From positions 4,218,001 through 4,282,000 of the forward strand of contig CM052818.1 of assembly GCA_028534125.1 (NCBI GenBank): 64,000 nt of DNA, given 5' to 3'. The notes below the pieces were generated by a model, which saw nothing but the letters and a program-made list of their open reading frames with translations, ran no database searches and had not been told where the DNA came from. This stretch comes from Lama glama (taxonomy: Eukaryota). Shown here in pieces: positions 25,126 through 38,153 of the stretch; the stretch's first letter is position 1; each line of letters begins with the position of its first letter. Made by a program: the position numbers and the translations under genes.

Positions 25126-27599
25126 GCAACCAACAGTGAAAGGGCCCATCCTCTTTCGGCATTTTAAGTAGTTCTAACCTGACTTCCTGCCCACACGTTT
25201 CACGTTAAAGCCTTCCAGGGCCCAGGGCCCCCCCTCATGCTCAGAGCTTAGTCATCTCTCTCGTTCAGGGAAGTTATGATTGTAACCATCTGAAGAACTA
25301 AAAGCAGAAATGGTCAAAAGTGGCCGCCTCTGGGGAGCAGGTGGGAGAGCGGGGGGCAGAAGGAGGTAATGAGATATTTTATTATGATAACGTGCTATCT
25401 GAACGGATTGGATTTTTCTTTTCATCTCTGTTATTGCTTTGATACAAATGCTTTTGTAGCGCATAGTTTTCTTACTAAAGAACACTTTCAGCCTTCTTCC
25501 TTTTTCCAACCAGCTGTTTTTATGTGTCAAGATCAAGATGGTGAATGGAGCTGAACATAGGTGGGAGTAGCTCTTTTTTCAGGGATACCAGTAATTGAGT
25601 TAAAATCATCATAATGAAGTTGACAAAATACTAACCTATGGCTGGCACCAAAATTCATCTTAGGAAGAACACTCGTCCTCTTTGGAAAAATAATTTGAAA
25701 AGAACCCAGGGAAAAAGTTCACCTCCACTCTGCCTCGGCCACCAACACCACCACAACCCACCATGAAGGCCAGAGCCAAGGTTCAAGAGGAAAGGACAGA
25801 AGTGCTGTGCAAATAAAAGGAGAAGTCACTGGGCCTCTTAGAAGAGTGAGGAGAGGAGAAAGAGAGAGAGATGGGTGCCCTTGAGAGGGAAGAGCTGCAT
25901 TTTGAGCTGTAACCTCTCACCTGAACATCCTTTATTTCCCCAGGACCCTCTTCTGTTAAGGAGTCTCATACCTGCTTGCTTGAGTGAGTTTTTGTGGTGG
26001 AAATGAAGTGGCTTTGTTTCACATTTGACAAGGGTTCACCCAGACAACCCAGGAGGAAGAAGAAAACCAAAGAGGCAGAGGAGAATCAGAGAACAATGTG
26101 AGATTGCTCTGCCTTAAAGAAATGTAGCAGGAATCTTGTTTCACTTCCCCCAGGCCCAGTTATTAGAGAGTGGAAGGTAATCTCACCTCCATCTCAAGGG
26201 GCAGGGCAGCCCCCAGGTGACATCCCTTAGTTATATAAGAACTAGAAAAAGCCACCAAGTTCATATCAGGGGGCAAATATTTCAACCCTGTGAAATCACA
26301 AGATGATGGAGGGCTTTGAACTCTTGAGAAGAAACTCACTCACCTGCTGCAGAAGCATCTTCCTGAAAGGGCAGGGGCGGAGGGGGTGGTGTTTCGGTCC
26401 AGAAGTATCCAGAGCCACCTGGGCTGGGAGCAAAGGACCAAAAACTGAACATGTCCTTCAAATGGAACAGCTCTTAGAGCTCCTAGGCTGGTGTTCAACT
26501 AGACACCAGAAAAGCCATGTCTGACTTATCACCTCTCTAAGTAAATAAGTAAATAACAGTCCTAGAGCTAGTTTTAGCCTTTCATTATTTCATTCACCAT
26601 CTAAAGAATAGGGACTCTGATTCAAATAATACTTACGTTCCTTTTGGTTCTGGTCATCTTTCCCCACTAATATCCAGGAAATAATCTGAGGTTCTGCCAC
26701 TAGTACAAAATTACTGTCATTATTCCATCCACTCAAGGACTTAATGGACTCTATCCATCAATACGTGTCTTTTAGAATTCAAGTTTGTATTTTTTTTTCT
26801 CTTAAGCATTTTCATTTCTCTTTGTAATTGCAAGACTAGGTTGAGTTAATATTGTTTTCTCTCTTTCTATGGCTGATTGTCCTTTTCATTTATAAATTAG
26901 CTATTTGGCTCATTTGCAGATCTAGCATAAAATCAACGTCATGCTATCTGTCCTGAGTAATTAGATGCTCTTTAAATGGATCAAATGGAAGGGCTTGTCA
27001 TCAGACTCTTCAATGTGGCATCTCTCAAAAAGAATAAATAACACTATTACTTTAAGGAAAGTCATTCTTTAACCCTATATTAGAAAAAAATCTGGAGAGA
27101 AATTTATTGGCCTTTTTGTTTTGTAATCCAATTTGAGTCTGCTCTCTTTGTCTCCACCCAGAAGAGGACTATAATGAAGCATAAACTTTTGTATCGGCAC
27201 ACAGTGTTGTATTTGTCCTCCCATCACTCAAAGGACCACATAGTAGGCTCAGAAAAGCAAAGTGGTACTGAAACAACACACACGCTCACTTGCCAAATTC
27301 TGGGGTGTTAGGATCTTGCTTTAATCTGTCCAAATTATAACCTAGTAGAGAATAGTTTATATTTCTACACCCTTAGCCACGGGAATATTTGGCAAGAGGA
27401 AAACTTGTTTCTCAGCTCCCTCCACTGGCCTTTCAGAAAACCATTTGTCCCCAAACTACCAGGTCTTATGCTTTGGTTTTAGTTGTTTCCTACCAAGGAA
27501 AATAACTCAAAATCTGTCCAAATAATCATGAGTTAGTCAAAGTACACACAAGACAAGAGAGTAAAATACGTCCATAATTTGCTCTATCTAGGAAAATAT

Positions 27600-30500
27600 G
27601 CACACATAATATAAAAAAGGACCAGTCAGAACTGAAGAGTAACATAACTGAGATGAAAAACACAGCAGAAGGAACTAACAGCAGACTGGGTGGTAAAAAG
27701 AAGGCAAAATTGAGCTGGAAGGTAGAATAAAGGAAATTAGCCAATCAAAATAGCAAAAAGAAAAACAAATTAAAAGGGATCTGTGGGACAACATCAAGCA
27801 TACCAGCATTTGTATCATAAGGTTCCGAGAAGGAGAAGAGAGGGGAGAAAAGGGTTAAAGATATATTTGATGCAATTATGGCTGCAAATCTCCTGAACCA
27901 GAAGAAAGAAACAGATATACAAGTATAGGAAGCACAGAGGATCCCAAACAAGATGAACCCAAACAGACTCATATCAAGACATAACTTAATTTAAATGGCA
28001 ATATTAAAAGATAGAGAATTCTAAAGACAACAAGAGAAAAACAAATAGTCATACACAATGACACCCCCATAAGGCTGTCAGCTGATTTTTCTGCAGAAAA
28101 TTTTCAGGCCAGAAGGGAGTGGCATGATATAGTTAAAGTGCTTAAAGTGGAAAACTTACAACCTGGGATATCTACCCAGCAAGGTTATTATTTAGAATTG
28201 GAGGAGAGATAAGGAATTTCTCAGACAAGCAAAAACTAGAAGAGTTCATCAGTATTAAAGTGACCCTGTGAGAAATGTTAAAGGGGTCTTCTCTAAGCAG
28301 AAAAAAAAAGTCTATAGTGAAAAGTAAGTATCTCATAGGAAAGGAAAAATCCCACTAGTAAATGCAAATATATAGTAAAGGCTGAAGATTAACCACTTAA
28401 ATAAGCTAGTACTAATAGTAACAGACAAAAACTTGTAAAATCAACTATAACGATAATAATCAGTAAAGGGATAAATATGAAGATGTAAAATATGACACCA
28501 AAACCACAAGATGTCATCGAGAGGAGTATAAGGCGGATTTTTCGGAATGTGTTTGAATTTTCATGACTATCAGTTTGAAACAGGATATATAGTTAGAGGT
28601 CAACATATACAAATCCCATGGTAGCCACAAATCAAAAACCTACAACAGATACACAAAAACTAGAGAGAAAGGTACACAAGCATACCACTAAAGAGAACCA
28701 TCAAACCCCAAGGGATGACACTAACAGGAAAGAACTATAAAAACAATCATAAATCAAGTAACAAAAGGGCAACCAGTACACACCTATCAGTAATCTCTTT
28801 AAATGTCAATGGACTAAGTGCTCCAATCAAAGCACAGAGGGTAGCTGATTGGAGAAAGAAACAAGATCCATCTCTATGCTGCTTACAAGAGACTCACTTC
28901 ACAGCTAAAGACACACACAAACTGGAGGTGAGGGGATAGAAAAGCTATTTCATGCAAATGGAAACGACAAGAAAGCAGGAGTTGCAAGACTCATATCAGA
29001 CAAAATAGACTTTAAAACAAAGTCTGTAACAAAAGACAAAGAAGGGCATTATATAATGATAAAGGGATCGATACAAGAAAAGGTTATAACACTCATTAAC
29101 ATATGTGGACTTAACAGAGGAGCACCTAAACATATGAAGTAAATATTAACATACATAAAGGGAGAAATTGACAACAATACAATAATAGTAGGGGACTCTG
29201 ATACCCCCACTTACATCAATAAACAAATCCCTCAGGCAGCAAATCAATAAGGAAACTAGCTTTAAATGACATGTTAGACAAGTTGGACTTACTAGATACC
29301 CAGAACACGTTCCATCCAAGAAGAGCAGAACGTACATTCTTTTCAAGTGCACATGGAATGTTCTCCAGGATAGATCACATACCAGGCCACAAAACAAGTT
29401 TCAACAAATTTAAGTGGATAGAAATGATACCAAGCATTTTTTCCAATCACAACAGTATGAAACTAGAAATCAATTATGGGAAGAAAAAAATGGGAAAAAC
29501 ACAAACACGTGGAAACTATACAACATGTTACTAAAACAAACCAGTGGGTCAATGAAGAAATCAAAGTGGAAATCAGAAAATACATCAAGACAAATGAAAG
29601 TAAAAATACAACTTTCAAAACCTATGGAATGGAGGGGAGGAGGCAGGATGGTGGAGCAAAGAGACTCACAGCTTGCCCTCTCCCACAAATACACCAAGAA
29701 TTTCACCTACACTCCCAAAAAATTGCACAGAACACCTACTGGACTCTGGCCAAGTGTCTCTTATTTTGAAATACAGGAGTCTCGCAAAATTTGGTAAACA
29801 ACAAGTTTCTACTGTACAGCACAGGGAACTATATTCAATATCTTGTAGTAATTTATGGTTAAAAAGAATATGGAAACAAATTTATGTATGTACCTATATG
29901 ACTGAAGTATTGTGCTGTACATCAGAAATTACCACAACATTGTAAACTGACTATGCTTCAATAAAAATATATTAAAAAAAATTGGGATGAAGCAAAAGGC
30001 ATTCTAAGACAGAAGTTTATAGAGATACAGGACTACCTCAAGAAACAAGAAAAATCTCAGATAAACAACCTAAAGGAATTAGAAAAAGCAAAACGAAGCT
30101 CAAAGTTGGCAGAGGGAAAGTATAAAAATCAGAGAGGAAATAAAATATAGACCACCCCCCACCAACACACACACACACAGAAAAACAATAGAAAAGATCA
30201 ATGAAACCAAGAGCTGATATTTGAAAAGATAGATTAAATTGATACGTGTTTAGGCAGGCCCATCAAGAAAGAAAAAAAAAAAGAAAGGACCCAAATAAAC
30301 AAAATAAGATGTAAAAGAGGAGAAATAAGAACTGATATCACAGAGATACAAATAATCGAAAGAGGACACTATGAAGAGTTATATGCCAACAAACTGAACA
30401 ACACAAAAGAAAAGAATACGTTTCTAGAAACATACAGTCTTCCAAGACTGAATTAGGAAGAAATACACAATCTGAACAGACCAAACACTAATAATAAAAT

Positions 30501-30730
30501 TGAATTTGTAATCAAAGAAACTCCCAGCAAACAAAAGTCCAGGACCAGATGGCTTCACAGGTAAAACTATTTAAAAAAAAAAAGTAAAGAAAAGTTAATA
30601 TCTATCCTTCACAAACTCTTTCAAACAACTAAAGAGAACAGAACACTCCCAACCTTATTCTGTGAGGTCTCCATTATCCTGATACCAAAACCAGACAAAG
30701 ACATCACCAAAAAAGGAAAATTACAGGTAA
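27600..30730 (+). mobile_element. Decayed L1: ORF1 C-terminal part, inter-ORF region, and ORF2 endonuclease to just before RT; no 3' end
   Basis: Peptides LSVISLNVNGLSAPIK..CCLQETH and TFFSSAHGMFSRIDH (L1 endonuclease); ends at aaaggaaaattacagg (KENYR); many stops and frameshifts. Confidence 0.92.
29629..29981 (+). mobile_element. Short bipartite L1 (5' UTR head fused to 3' UTR tail) nested in the older L1
   Basis: Head ggaggcaggatggtggag...cacagaacacctactg; tail ctgtacagcacagggaactatattcaatatc...aataaa plus A-run; host ORF2 resumes at gggatgaagcaaaa. Confidence 0.7.
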
Positions 30731-30739
30731 ATTATACTG

Positions 30740-31760
30740 TTTAATTTTTGATTATATGCAGATATTTCAGACAAGTTTTTTTTTTATTTTTAGTTAAGTT
30801 CAATTTGTTCAGAGAATACACTTTATGTAATTTGAATCCTTTTAATTTTATTATGAATATTGCCTGTCTTGACGAATGATCAATACAGATTTGATTGTGG
30901 ATTCTGTTTTTGTGAGTGGATTTTTCTTTAATTATTAATTAGGCAAAATCATCTAATGACTTTGCTGGGGTATTCTGCGCCTTACTTACTTGTTCTAATT
31001 ATTCCTAAGGGTGAAGTGTTGAAATCTTCAACTGTAATTATGGATTTGCCCATGTCTCTTTTTTCAGGTTTTCCCCTCCCTCTGAACTATCGTCTCTTTC
31101 TATTTGGTTTTCAGCAGTTAATTTTTTTAATTGTATTTTTATTGTATTGTTTTCTGAGCTTTCTGGACCTGTGATTTGTTACATTTCACTAATTACGGGA
31201 AATTCTTGGCCATTATCTCTTCCAACGTTTCCTTTGTTCCTTTATTTTTCTCTTCTCCTGAGCAAGTTCTCATTGTATTTGTTAGATTTTTGATAGTGCC
31301 CAGCACTCCAAAATTTTTTAATTTGTTTATTTTTGTGTTGCTGTTTTTCTCTTTGTGTTTCAGTTTGAGTAATTTCTCATGACATATCTTCAGGCTTACT
31401 GATTATTTTCTATCCTGTTTCACTGCTGATCATCTCATCAAAAGAAATGTTTTTCCTTTGACACCATGGAGTTTTTCCATCTACAGCATATAATGCATTT
31501 TTTAAATAGTTTTTTTCTCTCTGCTGAATTGTTCCATCTGCTCATGCAAGCTGTCCATCTTTTTTACTAGATTCTTCAACAAATTAATCAATTATTTTAA
31601 AATAATCGTTTAGCTGATAGTTTCAACTTCTTGGCCATTTCTGGATCTCATTCTGATCTCCTTATCTTTTGAGAATGGATTTTTTTCTTGGTTTTTTTTT
31701 TCCTTCTGTCTTATAATATTGTATTGAATGCCAGCATGTGAGTATAAAATAAGAGTAGAG
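30740..31760 (-). mobile_element. Ancient L1M fragments
   Basis: gtgttgaaatcttcaactgtaattatggattt, ggaaattcttggccattatctcttc, tgacatatcttcaggcttactgatt. Confidence 0.65.
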
Positions 31761-31812
31761 AGTAATTAAATAATATTATGCTGGGAAATTAACATACTTC
31801 TTTTTCAGACCG

Positions 31813-31838
31813 TGTGTGTGTGTGTGTGTGTGTGTGTG
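31813..31838. repeat. (GT)n microsatellite
   Basis: About 13 units, read directly. Confidence 0.95.
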
Positions 31839-33994
31839 GAGGGATAGGTTGATCTAATCAATAATTGAGCATGGTTTGGAATTTGTTAGGAATTTTAATT
31901 GTTCTGTTGTAGTCCTAAAACTAAGAGAATATTGCAAATCAACTATATTTCAGGTTTTTTAATACTTTAACTTGTAAGTTTTATGTTATGTGTATTTTAC
32001 CACAGTAAAAATGGGGGGCTCTTTAAGGTCTCCTGCCCTGGCCCAGTCTTTCCCCTGAGTCTGACTTTTTCTCATTGTTAGCGTAGGAGTGCCATTCTTT
32101 TCCAGCTTTCTCCGTCCTAAATAGAAGCAGAACTCCCACCTTGATGTTTTACTGTTATTAGATCCTGAATTCCTTGACAACATCAATCAAGATGACCTAT
32201 TACCTCAAAATTGAACTCAAAATAAAATATTCCAATTCTATGGATGCTTCTAATATCATACATACATCACATTTTAACTTCAGTGTATTATAATATTGAT
32301 TTCAGTTAAATTGCCTATAGAAGTCAAATACCCTGGCTCTAACCTGCCCACACAGTTACTCTAGCCCAAGTTATTTCTGGTAGTTTCGTGGCTGGTGTAC
32401 TTAGAGAAATCTCATTCCCGTGGTACCTGCAGGGTTCCATGGGCATGCTCCATGATCTTTGCACAATGGTCGCTCTTCACATCTCCATGGGGCACTGCAA
32501 TTTCCCAGCTTGTGCCCACCAAGCGGATTCTGCCCCTGCTCCAATGCAGCTCTGCCAGACAGAACCATCACTACCATTCTCCCGGGCTATCCTGCTGCAA
32601 ACAGCAAGCCACGGAGCACCTGGGCCACGCAATGTTCTAGAGAGGAATGAGAGAGAATGGTTCCTTCTCTTTTGTGTTATGTTCAATGTGAGAGATCTCA
32701 AAGCAGGATTGCTTGCTCCTGATGTATTATACAATTTCCAGTTCCTCCTTCAATCTTTTCTCCCCCATATTAAGCTATACATGTGGGCGTCTAGGCTACG
32801 GGCAGATTTAAGTAATAGCAATTCTGTCCTCCAGATCCCTGTCGCCTCTGGGAAGTACATCTATTTACTGGTTCAGACTTTTCATGCGTGGCCCTTCTTC
32901 CCTGAGGGTACAGCCTCCCACAGCAAGCTTCTTTCAGGCCACCGCCCCAGTTCACCAGAAATACCCACTTATGTCCGAACTCCAACAATTTATGCAGCTT
33001 GAATCCCACGCACAGACACAGCACCAGACTCCTTAGTCCCAAATTCAAGTAGCCATCTGTCATTTCTGTTCACCAATGAAGCAAAAATATCTGAACTCTT
33101 CATAGCAGGCTGTGCCTCCAGTTGTAATTTTCATAATGAAAATATGTTTTTCATTAGCAAAGGTGCTCTTCCCCAAAGGAATCTGGAAAAATGCAAAACA
33201 GCTTCAAGTTTTCATAGTACAGTTGGAATTGCTGCATTTTAATGTCACCATTTGACATTTACAGATTTTATCCTAAGGAGAGAGGGGATGGTGAAAGAAC
33301 ATATGTGTCCAATGTCAAGCTCAGAATTAAGTCAAATGATCTTAACCAAGAAATCGTTTCTTAGAAGTGAGTTAGTGAAACTAAGGGCAACAAAAAACAT
33401 TCAACAACAAAAAATATGTTCTTTTCTGTTTATGTAACATTTTAAATGAGGGATAAAGACACAACAAAGACACACAAAGGGTATTAACTTCAGAATGTAT
33501 ATACTATAATAAATCACAAAATCTCAAGTTCTTACACTTGATGTTTTTAGGTCATTTTTAAAGAGATGTAGGAGAATATATATTATTTTCTGTCACTGAG
33601 ATTTAGGAGCAGAATTTGAGACCCTTTAAGTTTTTTTTTCATTAAATCCTCAATTTATACAGTAAAACAGAAAAATTAATTCTCGTTAGTCCTTTGATGT
33701 GTACTCCTTCCTCCCACATACGTTGCAATTTTTAATTAGCCCAGACACAGATATGCGTTCCTTCCCTCTACCTTCCTTTCCCTGTAGCATCTCTTCCCTT
33801 TCATTGTTTCCTACTTCAGATCCCGACTACCCTCCGATATGTCTTTTTGAATAAGTCCTTTGAATAAGTCATTAATTCTTTATACCTTAATGTACATTAA
33901 TGCTGATGAGTCATCTCTGTCAGAGATGCTTGTATTATAAATCTTTACCTCCAACTGTATACTAGAGTTCTTTAAATAAAAATCCAATATCAAA

Positions 33995-34121
33995 GGGGGG
34001 AGGGTATAGCTCAGTGATAGAGTGTGTGCTTAGCATGCACGAGGCCCTGGGTTCAATCCCCAGTACCTCCATTAAAATAAATAAATAAATGAACTAATTA
34101 CCTCTTCTCCGAAAAAAACCA
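33995..34121 (+). mobile_element. tRNA-Ala-derived camelid SINE (vic-1 type)
   Basis: gggggagggtatagctcagtg...gggttcaatccccagtacctcc (A and B boxes) plus A-rich tail; TSD aaaaa(t/c)ccaata(t/c)ca at 33978-33992 and 34122-34136. Confidence 0.9.
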
Positions 34122-35769
34122 AAAAACCCAATACCACTTGTTCAAGAGATCCAGGCAAACTTGATTTAAAACCCCCAGTGCCACAGCCATCTTTATGATT
34201 TTTGTGAATTCTCAAAAGTTATGTACTCTCTTGGTGTTCTTTGCCAGCACATCCTGAGCTCATGTGTACTGCCTCTGTCAGCCAGCAACTTGGACCCAGA
34301 AGTCAGCACCACTTTTTGAGTTTAGACGATTTTGCTAAAGATTTGGAGTTATGATAGACAGCACACGTCCCTCCACCATCTCCTAAGCTTCATTCTCCCT
34401 TTTTCCTTCTTTTCTCTGAACATACCCTGTGAACCTCAAATGCTTCCCGTCCTATCATGCGGGGCATTTCTTCTCTCTTACAGATTCTGCTCTGAAATGT
34501 ACAGGCAGAAACTCATCAGGACAAACAGCATAACTCAGAGCCTTCCGTTCGGCAGGAGCAACGTCCTTTACAAGATGGTGGGGATTGTGAAAAACAGGTT
34601 TTCTCCTTTTGCCTCCATATAAGGAAGTTCTGACAAGAAATGGGAAGGCTGCTGGAGACAACCAACTGTGGTAGTTTGGGCTGAATGAAGACTATTTCCA
34701 GCCATCTTTGGAGCACCATCAAGAGAGAGGTTGTGTGAGGAGGGGCACCAGTGGCAACGGCATGGAGTTGGTTCTTGGCAAGGGACTGCTCCTCTGCACA
34801 CTCAGCAAAGTGTTGTCAGGGCAATTAAGCATAGTGCTACTGCAGCAGTGAGGCCAGCGGAAGCGGGCAATTTACCCAGCTCCCAGAGAAGAGAGGCTGT
34901 GGGGGAGTGCGATACGGTCAGTGCACACTGGCACAGGCCATACTTCTGATTGTTATTTGGAAAAAGTGCTTCTCTCTTAAAGCAGGGTTTCTGCGTTGAG
35001 CACAAAGATGGATTCAGTACGTTTTTCTTTTTTGAAGATTCTGGACATAATGACCCCCACTCCCATAGCCCAAACCTTAAACCATGCCTCCTAACTCAAA
35101 GAAAAACAGTCAACTAAATAGTCCCTAAAAATGATTTAGAGTAAATCAAATATTTTTTCATCTCTTGAGGAACCACCTGCTTCAGCCACAATCAAACATC
35201 CTAAGCATCCTCTCTCTGTAGCATTTTCCATTCTCAGGATCTTCCATGTAGATGGAAGTTATTCCCTGGGAACATTTTCTCTCTCATCCTCAAACCCAAC
35301 TTAAAATTCCATGAAACCTACCCTCCTGGACATTTCTAGTACTGATCTCATTCTTTAGATTTTTTTTTTCAGGATAAATTTTCTAGCTCACATTTCTGTT
35401 CTCTAAAAACCAGGTCTTCATAATAGAAATGACTGTTGGGGACGTGGGGAGAGTGGGGAAAAGGAGAATAGGGAGGGGAACATGGTCAGAGGGAAAGTCA
35501 CCAACGCTAGAATCTCTATGGACAAGAGGACGGTCAATGGGAGGGTCAGAGGTTAGGTTTTATGCGTTATTTGATTTCATCTGCATTGTGCAGGGAAGAT
35601 AGGATCTCTGGGAAAGGATCAAGGTTTTTGTTTTGTTGGCTAGAGAGAAAACATCCCTCCATTACTTTTGTATCTGGTAAGGTGCTCTAAAAGAAAAATA
35701 AAAACACAAGTTTCGAGTGATTTTCTGAGACTGGCACTAGTAGATGTCCACGACGCCTCTTCCCTACAG

Positions 35770-36085
35770 CTCTTAACAGATCCTTTCTGCCAGACGTGAC
35801 CACAGGGATGAAAGCCTTAACCTAGAGCATGAGAATCCTCGGAAATGTGAGGACCAAGTAGTCCCAGAGACCTTGCGTGGCTCAAGTCTCATCCCTACCT
35901 ATGACCTGGGGAAGGTCTGACCTCCCCATCATTTGCTCTTTGCCCCTCAGTAGGATATTTATGAAGCTGTCCAGAATGATCAGCCCCACCTGGACAAGAC
36001 TTTTCAAGGCCAAGCCCTGTGAGAGACAAAGGTGAGACCTTCCTGCTCCAGCTACTGGCAGAGAGTCAGTCTCATTATCTTACTC
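35770..36085. mobile_element. Probable old ERV LTR fragment
   Basis: LTR-like motifs (gtagtcccagagacctt, tcagccccacctggac, tgtgagagacaaaggtgagacc); family uncertain. Confidence 0.4.
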
Positions 36086-37339
36086 ATGCTAGTTAAAGCC
36101 TGACGTCTCGCAGACCCGGTGCAGAGAAATTGTCCCCCTCAGCTGCAACTTTCTGGAAAGCTTGGTTCCCAGCTGAGCATCTGACTAGATTCGAGGGTCT
36201 TTCCCATGTCCAATGATGTGACATTGCAGAATTGGCTTCTCTTCCCAGATGCTCTACCCCTGGGGGTGGGGTGGGGAGGCTGGTCTCAGTGCAGTAAACA
36301 AAGCTTTTCCTGCACAGCGGAGCCCAGACCAGGTGTGCTGGGAAGAACATGGGCCCCTGTTAAACACCTGATTGTATTCCATGTGAGGGTGCATGTCTTA
36401 CTGACGCTGGTCTTGTAACTGCCAGGAGGCACGACCAGAAGGTCTTTCATATTTCGATGTCTATTACAGACAGCTTCAACTCCTGTAACACTCCTATGGA
36501 TGATCAAATCTGTTTGGAATTGACGTGCAATATTCAAATGTTAAAACAAAAGTGCAGACTAAAACATGAACTCAGACAGGTTAATACTTCTATGGCCTTA
36601 CGACACCTTTAAAGACATGCTGTATTGTGTTTCAAAATAACACTCCCACGATGCTAGGAGCTAAAGAGCGTTATATACATATTATGTATCGGGCACATAT
36701 TATGTGATTTCATCCAATGCATGGTCTGCTCCTGCCGGTCACTTTTTGCTTCTGCTCCCACTGTGACTCTCAATACTGAGCATAGGTTCAGGCCCCCAGG
36801 GAAGGGACACAGCGCAGAAGGCACAAAGTCACCACACACTGTGTTCCAGGCCAGTTGGAAGACACATCTTCATTATGTGAGTGAATGCAGATGAACACAA
36901 TTTAAATGAAGCCTTGTGAAATTACTCAATGGGAAGGCAATGCAAGAGAATTTCAAAAGAAGCCTTGCAGGGAGAGGCAGGCGAGCCACGGGTGGTAACG
37001 GCCATTTCATTTCCTGCCAGAACTTTCTCATCCCAGCACACCACTTCTCTGCTTTGCTGTCTTATCAATCAGCAAAATGAGAGCCTCATGACGAGACAGT
37101 CCAGAGCCCAGAGTTGATGATTAAATGCAATATTCAAAATCAGCTTCCATAAAACTAAGCTCTCATCAAGAAGAGGATGAGGAAGATTGATTAACTTCGC
37201 TGGTTTCAGTTCCTTTTCTGTGAAATGAGTTGCTGAACTTCATTTTGTCTGTATCCCTTAGCATCCGGCCCCCTGCCCACCCACCTGACCTAAACCCGCA
37301 CAGGAGATGCTGATTAGTGGCAGGTGGATGGAAGATGCA

Positions 37340-38153
37340 GGTCATCATTTGTCCAGTTTTTCATGAAAAATCCTAGAAGCATCCTTGACTCCTGTGTCCT
37401 CCTATACCACATCCAATATTGATAAAGTCCTACCATCTTATTTTCCAAAACAAATATGAATCCACCCACTTCTCCCATCTCTGCCACTGCCATCCTCGCC
37501 GATGACACATTCATGTCTCATCTGGACAGTCGCTTCCTAACTGGCTCCCCTATGTCCATCCCTGTAAGAGAGAGATCGTGCGAAAAAGCAATTCCTGTTG
37601 GCTACTCCCTTGCTCAAAACTCCTCAGAGGCTTCCCACCCTCTTAGAATAAAATCCAAAGCTCTTCATACTCATAAGATCCTGTGGAATTTTCTCTCTGT
37701 CTGCCCTGTTCTTATGACCCATTTTCCCCCCATTTTATTCACTCTGCACCATCCACCCTGGCCTTCTTGCTGCTCCTTACACACTCCAGCCGTCTTCCTC
37801 TTTCAGGGCTTGTGCACTTGCTGATCCTTCACCCTGGAATGTTCTGCCCCAGGTATTTCCAGCTTGTTCCTGTCACTTTAAGGTGTCTGATCACCCACCA
37901 GCTCCTCGAAGAAAATTTCCTTGCCCATCAATCTAAAATATCCATCCCCCTGCTCACTGTCAGCCTTTCTGACTTTTTTCACATTCTTCATCAGCTATTC
38001 ATTTGTTTTCTGGTTTATTCCCTGCCAATCACCTCCAGGATATGCGCTCCATAAAGCTCAAGCTTTATCTGATTCACCCTGCAGCTGTAATGTCCGGAGC
38101 GCTGCGTGCCACACAGCCGGCCTGTAATGACTATTTGGTGAATGAATGAATGA
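37340..38153 (+). mobile_element. LINE-2 3' region
   Basis: catccttgactcct, cttcctaactggctccc, cttagaataaaatccaaag; ends tatttggtgaatgaatgaatga. Confidence 0.85.

Noticed and set aside
27600..30730. Active or full-length L1
   Set aside because: Many stops and frameshifts, nested insertion, no RT domain or 3' end.
32388..33002. 204-aa plus-strand ORF
   Set aside because: Non-ATG start in the track, no recognisable domain or splice context.
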